Source: an uncultured Bacillales bacterium | GTDB taxonomy: Bacteria; Bacillota_I; Bacilli_A; RF39; UBA660 | Reading direction: 5' to 3' | NCBI GenBank assembly: GCA_946410555.1 | Contig: CAMKAT010000003.1 | Location: forward strand, 5,007-69,006 | Length of the DNA stretch: 64,000 bases | Shown here: positions 35,396 through 43,280 of the stretch, in pieces | Layout of the letters: every line of letters begins with the position of its first letter | How positions within the stretch are numbered: the stretch's first letter is position 1 | The notes under the pieces: model-generated | Seen by the model: the letters and a program-made list of their open reading frames with translations, nothing else | Told to the model about the DNA's origin: nothing | Databases searched by the model: none | Made by a program: the position numbers and the translations under genes

Positions 35396-35404
35396 AGTAT
35401 AACA
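35396..35404 (-). promoter_or_regulatory. Extended -10 promoter (TGTTATACT) for the giant-paralog operon
   Basis: The minus strand reads TTTTTGTTATACTTTAATTAACAATAGGAAGTAGTGATCAAGATG, immediately after the terminator at 35418-35437. Confidence 0.45.
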
Positions 35405-35417
35405 AAAAACAATAAAA

Positions 35418-35437
35418 AATGGAACTATAAAGTTCCA
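35418..35437 (-). terminator. Rho-independent terminator after the FtsX/ABC operon
   Basis: Stem ATGGAACT/AGTTCCAT with loop ATAA, then TTTTTTATTG on the minus strand. It directly abuts the stop codon. Confidence 0.8.
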
Positions 35438-38071
35438 TTAAATATTATCATTTCTAATTGTTTCTATGATATTTTGATTTTTACACTTATTAACCGAGTA
35501 ATTCATTATTATAGAAATAAGCAAAAATACTCCGATTGAAGATATAATTATAGGCTTAACAGGAATTGAATAAGTTATTATTCCTTGGTTAAATGATTTA
35601 TATACTATATATGAAAGTCCAATACCTAAAGGTATACCAAATAATAATGATTTAATACCAATAAATAAACTTTCTAAACGAATCATATTATTGAATTCTT
35701 TCTTAGTCATACCAATTGACTTTAACATTGCAAATTCTTGTCTTCTTAAATTTATGTTAGAAGTAATTGTATTAAAGATATTAGTAATACCAATTAATGT
35801 AATTACAGTAATAAATCCATAAAGGAATATACCAATAAGTAATACTACATTTTGCATTTCTCTTACATTTTCATCTTTATTACTTAAAGTAAATTCTTCA
35901 CCCTTAAGAATATTTTCTAATTCATCTTGAGTTTTGATAGCATCACTTGATTGAATATTTATATTGATTGAAGTACTTCTAATGTTTTCATCTTTAAATA
36001 ATTCTTTCTTAAAGATATTCTTTTCAGCAGTTTTATTAATAAACATATAGTTTGTTCCTACTTCACTACCAACAAATCCAAATGGAAGTGTTTCTGTGAT
36101 TGTACCAATTTTTAAATCTACAACTTTACCTTTGATAGTATCTCCAGCTTTATAGTTAAAGGTATCTATTTTCTTTTTATTATTAGTAGTTTTACTATAG
36201 TTATAACACATTACTTTATTAACAAATACTCCAGCTTTATCATAATCTTTTGAAGATTCACCAAGACTATTCAAATAATCATTAAATGATTCGTCATCTA
36301 AAACTATTACATCAATATATGGTTCATAATATTGGTAATCATCACCTTTGAATTTTTTAAATTCTTCATTTACTTTTCCTTTTACAATATCAGTATCAAC
36401 ATCAAAATATACTGTATATTCTAGAGATAACTTTTCTACTCCAGTTACATTTTTTAAATCTAAATATTTTTTATATGTTTCATCAGTAGGATTAGTAATT
36501 GAAACATCAATATTATGATCACTTGCATTTACTTCTTCTTTAACAGAATCAATAGCTATCCCCATGAAGTATGATAATGCAATAAATACTGAAGTTGAAA
36601 TAACTATAGAAACAACTGTAGTTCTAAATTTTCTTTTATTTCTCTTCATGTTTTTAAAACTGATTTCTCCACCAATTTTAAAGATTTTAGAAATAATCTT
36701 AGGGCATTTAAGACTTCTTTTCTTTATCTTAATGTTACCACTGTTTCTTATTGATTCGATTGGAGATACCCTGGATGCTTTAAATGCACTTTTTAGAGCT
36801 GATAAATAAATAGTTATCATTCCTAAAATAATAGAAACCAATATTGCTAACCAAGATATAGAGAATCTTAATACTAAATCTTCACTATAAGAATTAGATA
36901 GTAATTTATTTGAAATAATCATTAAAATAAATGATGCAAATAATCCTAAGAATACTCCTAATGGAATACCAATGATTCCTAAGATTGATGCTTCATATAA
37001 TACATTCTTTCTTATTTGTCTCTTAGTAGATCCAATACTTCTTAACATACCATATTGTTTTATTTTTTCTGTAATAGAAATATCAAAACTATTCTTAATA
37101 CAGAATACAGAACATACAACAATTATTATTAATACAATAGCTACAACTCTTGAAAGGTCTCCCATAGCAGATCCTTGGATTGGATTTTTTTGAAGTCCAA
37201 TTAAATATTGATTAATATCAAATTTTGTATATTTCATGTTAGATTCTACTCTATCAAATATTTTTTCTGCTTCTTCAGTAGATATATCCGAAAATTTTCC
37301 ATTAATATATCTATCGAAGTCTTTTCTATCTACACCTTCAATATCAGCAAAGATATTGTAAGCATCTTTCATTTTATCTCTTTTAATAGTTAAATAAGCT
37401 GTTACTGAATCATTCTCATTAAATTCTTTTTTATAAGTAATAAAAGTATAACCAGGAGCTGAGTATGGCTCTATTGATGAAGATACTCTTCCTCCGATAC
37501 CAACAATTGTGTATTCTTTTTTTACTGTATCAACTAGTTCTTCACCTTCATGATCATATGGGTTGTTTTGGGTTAATTCTTCTGAGCCAGCCATTCTTTT
37601 ACCAACATTTAAAGTTATTTTATCTCCGATGTTTAATGACACTCTTCCGTTTGTACGAAGATGAGTTGGAATTACGACTTCAGAATCATTTTCTGGAAGT
37701 CTTCCTTCTTTAAGTTTAATTGGAAGTGTATTAAGTGCATCTTTATTAAGTGCAGTAATCGCAGCATATGGTTTATCTTTATTTTGAGATTTAATATCTG
37801 CATAACCGATAAGTTTTGATTCACTTACTTTTTCAACTGATTCATTTAGTTTCATTCTATCTATATCTGATTTAGTTACATCTCTAAATAAATAGTGATA
37901 GTTACCTGTTATTTTTATTTCATAATCTTCGATGGATTTTAAACCACTCATGTAAACTGTAGATACTGCAGTTAAAAGAGCAATAGATAAAATAATACCA
38001 ATGATAGTTACAATAGTTCTTTTCTTATTCAGTTTAAGATTTTTAATAGTTAATTTATTAAGTAAGTCCAT
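35438..38071 (-). CDS. ABC transporter permease, tandem FtsX/MacB-type (two large extracytoplasmic domains)
   Basis: 877 aa with layout TM, ~260-aa loop, 3 TM, TM, ~230-aa loop, 3 TM. FtsX-like segments are QYGMLRSIGSTKRQI and EFAMLKSIGMTKKEF. It is adjacent to its ATPase (2-nt gap). Confidence 0.8.
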   Translation of the reverse strand: MDLLNKLTIKNLKLNKKRTIVTIIGIILSIALLTAVSTVYMSGLKSIEDYEIKITGNYHYLFRDVTKSDIDRMKLNESVEKVSESKLIGYADIKSQNKDKPYAAITALNKDALNTLPIKLKEGRLPENDSEVVIPTHLRTNGRVSLNIGDKITLNVGKRMAGSEELTQNNPYDHEGEELVDTVKKEYTIVGIGGRVSSSIEPYSAPGYTFITYKKEFNENDSVTAYLTIKRDKMKDAYNIFADIEGVDRKDFDRYINGKFSDISTEEAEKIFDRVESNMKYTKFDINQYLIGLQKNPIQGSAMGDLSRVVAIVLIIIVVCSVFCIKNSFDISITEKIKQYGMLRSIGSTKRQIRKNVLYEASILGIIGIPLGVFLGLFASFILMIISNKLLSNSYSEDLVLRFSISWLAILVSIILGMITIYLSALKSAFKASRVSPIESIRNSGNIKIKKRSLKCPKIISKIFKIGGEISFKNMKRNKRKFRTTVVSIVISTSVFIALSYFMGIAIDSVKEEVNASDHNIDVSITNPTDETYKKYLDLKNVTGVEKLSLEYTVYFDVDTDIVKGKVNEEFKKFKGDDYQYYEPYIDVIVLDDESFNDYLNSLGESSKDYDKAGVFVNKVMCYNYSKTTNNKKKIDTFNYKAGDTIKGKVVDLKIGTITETLPFGFVGSEVGTNYMFINKTAEKNIFKKELFKDENIRSTSININIQSSDAIKTQDELENILKGEEFTLSNKDENVREMQNVVLLIGIFLYGFITVITLIGITNIFNTITSNINLRRQEFAMLKSIGMTKKEFNNMIRLESLFIGIKSLLFGIPLGIGLSYIVYKSFNQGIITYSIPVKPIIISSIGVFLLISIIMNYSVNKCKNQNIIETIRNDNI

Positions 38072-38073
38072 AA

Positions 38074-38745
38074 TTAAACCTCCTTAACAATATGTCCATC
38101 TTCGATTTTTATTATTCTATCTGCAACTTTAGCAATTTCCATATTATGAGTAATCATAATAATTGTTTGTTTGTAATCTTTGTTAGATTTTTTAAGTAAA
38201 GCTACAATTTCATCACTAGATTTAGAATCTAGGTTACCAGTTGGTTCATCTGCAAGTACGATTGTTGGATGAGTAATAAGTGCTCTACCTATTGAAACTC
38301 TTTGTTGTTGTCCACCAGATAATTCATTTGGTAAATGTTTCTTTCTTCTTTCTAAACCTAGAAGTTTAATTAAATCTTCAAGTTCTTCTTTATCTACTTT
38401 TCTATTATCTAATGATAATGGTAAAGTAATGTTTTCTTCAGCATTAAGAATAGGAATTAAATTATAAAATTGATAAATTAATCCTACTTGTCTTCTTCTG
38501 AAAATTGCTAATTTTTCATCATTTAAATTAAATATATCTTCACCATTAATATATACTTTTCCAGAAGTAGGTCTATCTACTCCTCCAAGAATATGAAGTA
38601 ATGTTGATTTACCAGAACCAGATGCACCAACAATTGCAACAAACTCTCCTTTATTTACCTTAAAACTGACATCATCAAGTGCTCTTACTTCAGTTGATCC
38701 TTTTCCATAAACTTTAGTTAAATTTTCTACCTTTAATATTTCCAT
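38074..38745 (-). CDS. ABC transporter ATP-binding protein (MacB/LolD-like)
   Basis: Walker A GASGSGKST, signature LSGGQQQRV, Walker B VLADEPTGNLD. Confidence 0.9.
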   Translation of the reverse strand: MEILKVENLTKVYGKGSTEVRALDDVSFKVNKGEFVAIVGASGSGKSTLLHILGGVDRPTSGKVYINGEDIFNLNDEKLAIFRRRQVGLIYQFYNLIPILNAEENITLPLSLDNRKVDKEELEDLIKLLGLERRKKHLPNELSGGQQQRVSIGRALITHPTIVLADEPTGNLDSKSSDEIVALLKKSNKDYKQTIIMITHNMEIAKVADRIIKIEDGHIVKEV

Positions 38746-38764
38746 AATTATTCACCTTTCATTA

Positions 38765-38902
38765 TTATATATTAGTTTCCATAATATTTATATCATTATT
38801 AATATCTTTAGCTGCCTCTTTTTCTAAAACTACATAAAGACCTGCTAAAGATGAGAACACCATAACACATACTGCTGTATAAGTGATTATAAACTTTTTC
38901 AT
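38765..38902 (-). CDS. Small ORF, 45 aa, single hydrophobic segment (MKKFIITYTAVCVMVFSSLAGLYVVLEKEAAKDINNDINIMETNI)
   Basis: Not in the track. AGGAGG lies 6 nt before the ATG at 38902, with a TATAAT -10 at 38928-38933. It ends 19 nt before the ABC ATPase start. Confidence 0.45.
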   Translation of the reverse strand: MKKFIITYTAVCVMVFSSLAGLYVVLEKEAAKDINNDINIMETNI

Positions 38903-38927
38903 ACTTTTTCCTCCTTTTTACAACTCC

Positions 38928-38961
38928 ATTATATGAATCTAAAGTTACAAGTAAGTTACAA
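38928..38961 (-). promoter_or_regulatory. Promoter with TATAAT -10 and two 9-nt direct repeats (TTGTAACTT) at 11-nt spacing in place of a -35
   Basis: The minus strand reads TTGTAACTTACTTGTAACTTTAGATTCATATAATGGAGTTGTAAAAAGGAGGAAAAAGTATG. The repeats are at 38953-38961 and 38942-38950. Confidence 0.45.
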
Positions 38962-38969
38962 AATAAAAA

Positions 38970-38998
38970 AAGTTGTAAATTTTTAATATTTACAACTT
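38970..38998 (-). terminator. Rho-independent terminator after 38990..39913
   Basis: 11-bp stem AAGTTGTAAAT/ATTTACAACTT with a 7-nt loop, then TTTTTTTATTTTG on the minus strand. Confidence 0.75.
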
Positions 38999-39913
38999 AT
39001 TTATATATTCATCTATTTTTTCATCTAAATTTTCAATTAAGAGATCACCTGAATGTTTTGTTCCACTGAAGTACTTTTCAGCATTTGATTCATAAGCACT
39101 ATAAAGTTTATTATCTTTATTCATATAGATTTGTTCTAACATGTTAGGCATTTCAAAATTTAAACATTTTTCATTTCTATAATCTTTAATATTTGGATCA
39201 TACTTAACCAGTTTCATATTAGATTTAAATTTATTACCAATTGATGATGATACAAACATATAAGTGCTACCATTATAATCATAAAAAGATAAACCTTGAA
39301 CTAATCCATAGAAGTAACTCTTTTCGTATTCATCTGGATTAATAGATCCATTATCTAATACTTTAAATTTCTTCATGGTTGAAAAAGCTTCAGCTGTATA
39401 ATCACCTAAGAATAAATAACCATCATGATATGCTATGTAAGCAACTGATGTATTTCCATAAACGTTAACTAATCCCTTAGATACATCTAATCTATAGAAT
39501 TTAGGATTAATTACATCATTAACCATAAATTCATCTTTATTATAACCACTGATTGTTCCTTGGATATCTGTAATCCATACTATTTGATTAATTGGATCAT
39601 ATGTAATACCACCAACATGACTGTTATTATTTAGTAATACTTCTTTTACATAATTCATATCTAAATCATAAATTATTACTTTACTCGATTTACTAATTGA
39701 ATCATTATAGGCAGTAACAAATAAATAATCATCTACTTCACATATACCTTGGATAACATATGTATCACTATCTATATCTAATTCTTTTTGAATCATATTC
39801 TTATCAAAAGGAACTTTTTCATTAATTACTCCTTTAGAACCACTTGAGTTTAAAGTAGTCATAAAGACTAATCCTAAGAGTGTTAGTTTCTTTTTAAATT
39901 TAGTATATTTCAT
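38990..39913 (-). CDS. Secreted hypothetical protein
   Basis: The likely start is the ATG at 39913; the track start is a GTG within RBS GGTGAAGG. It has a signal-like N-terminus KKLTLLGLVFMTTLNSSGS and a repetitive beta-rich body. No family assigned. Confidence 0.5.
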   Translation of the reverse strand: MKYTKFKKKLTLLGLVFMTTLNSSGSKGVINEKVPFDKNMIQKELDIDSDTYVIQGICEVDDYLFVTAYNDSISKSSKVIIYDLDMNYVKEVLLNNNSHVGGITYDPINQIVWITDIQGTISGYNKDEFMVNDVINPKFYRLDVSKGLVNVYGNTSVAYIAYHDGYLFLGDYTAEAFSTMKKFKVLDNGSINPDEYEKSYFYGLVQGLSFYDYNGSTYMFVSSSIGNKFKSNMKLVKYDPNIKDYRNEKCLNFEMPNMLEQIYMNKDNKLYSAYESNAEKYFSGTKHSGDLLIENLDEKIDEYINKL

Positions 39914-39945
39914 AACCTTCACCAGTTTGTTATTATAACAAACCC

Positions 39946-40872
39946 TTACCTTTTAATTCTACTTAATAGACACTTCTTTACATCCTGAATGTGTTCATCA
40001 CTCCACCAAGGAGCGGGGAATGTAAATAAGTCATCATAATCTAGCGATGCAAAGTTGAAATTACTTAAATGTATATTCTTATTATCTAAAATTAAATAAT
40101 CATACTTATCTTTATTCTTCATATATGTATCTAACAGTGTGAATCCAAATCTAGAATTATTATTTTCATTAATATCTCTTACATATATTGGTTTTAAATA
40201 AAGAAGTCTTAAACCATCAATTACAAACTCATGTTTTTCAAGTGTTAAATCATCAGCGAATCTTATACACTCACCATCATCTTCAGTCTTAGGGTTACCA
40301 TTCAATAAAAGATATCCATACCTATATTCTTCTTCATGGAAAATACCATAATTATTAGATACACGTTTAAAGTTTGGACCAAAGTCCTCATACCAATCAC
40401 AGTCATCATATATTATATGTTTTCTTATCTCAGGATGTTCACTTAAATATTTTCTTATAGCTTCCCTTTTATCTAGTCCTGGCTTAGTAGTATCTACTAC
40501 ATAATCTTCCATATCATACACTTTAAAATATCCTTTAAGAAATTCAAATGGATGATTATCTTTCCAATCACTAGATATTACTATGTTAGAACCTGTAACA
40601 TAAAGGAGTTCTTTTAAATAACCAATAGCCATTGGCCTCCAGTCATAGTAAACTGCTCCAATATCGTAATCATACATATTTAAGTATCTTTCATCATGAT
40701 ACTTTTCATATAAATATTTTTTTAATAATTCATTATCATGATCATGCCTTATTTGACCATTTTGAAGAACTCCATAAATATCTAGGAAAATTGTTCTATG
40801 TTCTTCTTTTATTCTTTTAATCTTTTCTAAATCATAATAATTACTTTTATAGAAATCAAAACTCTTATGCAT
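39946..40872 (-). CDS. HAD-like protein, divergent paralog of 13399..14214 with altered motif I
   Basis: Motif I is IFLDIYGVL, with Tyr at the position of the second Asp of DxD. Also VISSDWK and IIYDDCDW. 308 aa. Confidence 0.5.
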   Translation of the reverse strand: MHKSFDFYKSNYYDLEKIKRIKEEHRTIFLDIYGVLQNGQIRHDHDNELLKKYLYEKYHDERYLNMYDYDIGAVYYDWRPMAIGYLKELLYVTGSNIVISSDWKDNHPFEFLKGYFKVYDMEDYVVDTTKPGLDKREAIRKYLSEHPEIRKHIIYDDCDWYEDFGPNFKRVSNNYGIFHEEEYRYGYLLLNGNPKTEDDGECIRFADDLTLEKHEFVIDGLRLLYLKPIYVRDINENNNSRFGFTLLDTYMKNKDKYDYLILDNKNIHLSNFNFASLDYDDLFTFPAPWWSDEHIQDVKKCLLSRIKR

Positions 40873-40896
40873 AACTCACCTATACAACTAATTTTC

Positions 40897-42504
40897 CTAT
40901 ACAACTAATTTTTCAAAATCTTTAGTTCCTTTTACTTTTGCATATAAATATAAAAGATAAGCGATAATCGCAAATATTAATGTTGCTATTAAAACAACTA
41001 AATTAGCATTAACTAATTCTTTTAATTTAAATACCAATCCAATTGATACAAAAGTTAAGAACATTCCTACCATCACAGATATAAATGAAGACATACTTTG
41101 TTTGACTACTTCAGTATCATCTTTAGCATCTAATTTAGGGAATTTAAGATTAACAATAATTCCTATAAGTCCCGAGATTAATGGTAGAATTACTGCACAT
41201 ATAATAAGCAATAATCCAATGAATATATTTATTTTAAAGTTAATAAAACTTACTATTAATCCAATAATCATTATTGGAACTTCCACTGTTAAAGTAGTAT
41301 TTACTTTATACATAATTATATCTATTGGTCTTATTGGTAAACTTTTAAGTATATTAATAGATTTACCTTCCAAAGAAATCATACAACAAGTAAGATTGGT
41401 TAATAATGAGGTAGCTACTACTATTAATAATAATACTATAGGTATATTACCTGTGATATCAAATAGAACTTCTCCATTTTGTGTTGTAAGCATATCCTTA
41501 AACATATCTATTTTAAAGTTAATCATTGCGATTGCAATAATATATATTACAAGTCCAAAACAAGAATTTAATATATATACTGGAGTATTAACAAGTCTTT
41601 TAAGCTCTTTTTTAATAAATGCTTTCCCCCTAGATGTAACTTTAATATTTAAAGAAGTATCTTTATTATGACTACCTATTTTCTTAACTATTTTAATCTT
41701 AGAATTAATACTAAAGTATACATTTTTTAAACTAATAATAAGAATTATAAATGGAATAACATGAAGAAGTATAAAGATTATTAAATCAAGCACTTTAAAA
41801 TTAGTAATTAAATTAACATAAAGACCCGCAGGATAATAAACCTTTATAATAATATCATTAATACTCTTAGCGTTTTCTAGAAGATTATCAAAAAGAGTAC
41901 CCATATTGGACCAAACTATTAAAAGAATTCCAATAAATATAAACGAAATATAAGTTTGCATAATATTTTTATTTTTAAACATTGAAGATAAAAATGCTAT
42001 TACTATTCCTACGATCGTAGAAAGAACAATTGGAATAATTGGTAGTAATAATAAACTTAAAACAGAAATTAAATAATAACTCACCTCTGGATGCACATGC
42101 ACTGCGTAACATGCTAATGCAGGTAATAAGAATAAACTATTAAATATAAGTTCAAATACATAGAACTTTAATACTCTTATAAAGAAAACTGTGCTTCTTT
42201 TAATTGGTAAAGTAAGTAATAAATCATCGTCTTTACAATTAAATAAAAGACCACTACTCTTATAGATACCTTCCATAAATGTCATTATAGTTGTACCTAA
42301 GATAAACATAGTAACTATTACATATTGAAGATTAACTTCATCTAAGACGCTCATTAATTGATCTGCATTTATATAAAATGAAGACATTATTAATAATGCA
42401 AGTATAAATGGTAAGTACTTATATTTGGAAGCATTACCCTTTAATTTAAAGATAGACATATTATCTTTAAGACAAACTTTGATTAAAGTAATTAACTTTT
42501 TCAT
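40897..42504 (-). CDS. Polytopic ABC-exporter permease (ABC-2-like)
   Basis: 535 aa with at least 12 predicted hydrophobic helices. Its start is 1 nt after the stop of the ATPase gene. Confidence 0.65.
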   Translation of the reverse strand: MKKLITLIKVCLKDNMSIFKLKGNASKYKYLPFILALLIMSSFYINADQLMSVLDEVNLQYVIVTMFILGTTIMTFMEGIYKSSGLLFNCKDDDLLLTLPIKRSTVFFIRVLKFYVFELIFNSLFLLPALACYAVHVHPEVSYYLISVLSLLLLPIIPIVLSTIVGIVIAFLSSMFKNKNIMQTYISFIFIGILLIVWSNMGTLFDNLLENAKSINDIIIKVYYPAGLYVNLITNFKVLDLIIFILLHVIPFIILIISLKNVYFSINSKIKIVKKIGSHNKDTSLNIKVTSRGKAFIKKELKRLVNTPVYILNSCFGLVIYIIAIAMINFKIDMFKDMLTTQNGEVLFDITGNIPIVLLLIVVATSLLTNLTCCMISLEGKSINILKSLPIRPIDIIMYKVNTTLTVEVPIMIIGLIVSFINFKINIFIGLLLIICAVILPLISGLIGIIVNLKFPKLDAKDDTEVVKQSMSSFISVMVGMFLTFVSIGLVFKLKELVNANLVVLIATLIFAIIAYLLYLYAKVKGTKDFEKLVV

Positions 42505-42505
42505 A

Positions 42506-43210
42506 TTAATCCTCTAGTTCTAAGAAGACACTCTCTAAAGATTTATCTCCTTTGACTTCTTTCATAGTTCCAACACTTACAAGTTCGCCTTTTTTAATTA
42601 TTCCTACCCTTGAACATAGTTTTTCTGCAACTTCTAGAATATGAGTTGAAAAGAAAATTGTAGTTCCTTTTTTAGTTAATTTTTTCATTATTTCTTTAAC
42701 ATCAAATACTGCTTTTGGATCTAATCCTACGAATGGTTCATCCATAATAAGAACCTTAGGTTCATGTACTAAAGCACATATAAGTGCTATCTTTTGTTTC
42801 ATACCATGAGAGTAAGACTCAATAATATCATTAAGTTTATCATCCATTTCAAATAATTTAGAATATTTAATTATTCTTTCAGTTCTATCACTTTCTGACA
42901 CTTCATACATATCACAAATAAAGTTAATATAATCAATTGCTTTCATTTGCTCATAAAGTTCAGGATTATCTGGAACAAATGCCATTTCTTTTTTACATTC
43001 TACTGGATTTTTCTTTATTGATTTACCATTAATAAGAATACTCCCTGAATCAAATTCTTGAATACCAGTGATACATTTAATTAAAGTTGTTTTACCTGCA
43101 CCATTGTGTCCTATGAATGCAAATATTTCTCCATCACCAACTTTAAACGAAACATTATTAACCGCTATATTATTTCCATATTTTTTAGTTACTTTCTTTA
43201 TCTCTATCAT
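42506..43210 (-). CDS. ABC transporter ATP-binding protein
   Basis: Walker A GHNGAGKTT, signature YSHGMKQKIAL, Walker B LIMDEPFVGLD. Confidence 0.9.
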   Translation of the reverse strand: MIEIKKVTKKYGNNIAVNNVSFKVGDGEIFAFIGHNGAGKTTLIKCITGIQEFDSGSILINGKSIKKNPVECKKEMAFVPDNPELYEQMKAIDYINFICDMYEVSESDRTERIIKYSKLFEMDDKLNDIIESYSHGMKQKIALICALVHEPKVLIMDEPFVGLDPKAVFDVKEIMKKLTKKGTTIFFSTHILEVAEKLCSRVGIIKKGELVSVGTMKEVKGDKSLESVFLELED

Positions 43211-43259
43211 TTCTACACCATCCTATGATAATTATACACTAAATTTTACTAATAATAAA

Positions 43260-43280
43260 AGGAGGATTATTTATCCTCCT
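43260..43280 (-). terminator. Terminator hairpin after 43267..44532
   Basis: Stem AGGAGGAT/ATCCTCCT with a 5-nt loop, then TTTATTATT on the minus strand. One arm lies inside the CDS end. Confidence 0.55.

Noticed and set aside
41102-41671. 189-aa plus-strand ORF in the track, antisense to the ABC-2 permease gene
   Set aside because: It lies entirely inside and antisense to a well-supported polytopic membrane gene. It has no RBS, and its I/L/S/T-rich composition is what the reverse frame of an AT-rich membrane gene produces. The same reasoning applies to 43427..43903, 12461..12784, 5025..5327, 36564..36809, 33265..33525 and the other plus-strand track ORFs inside minus-strand genes.
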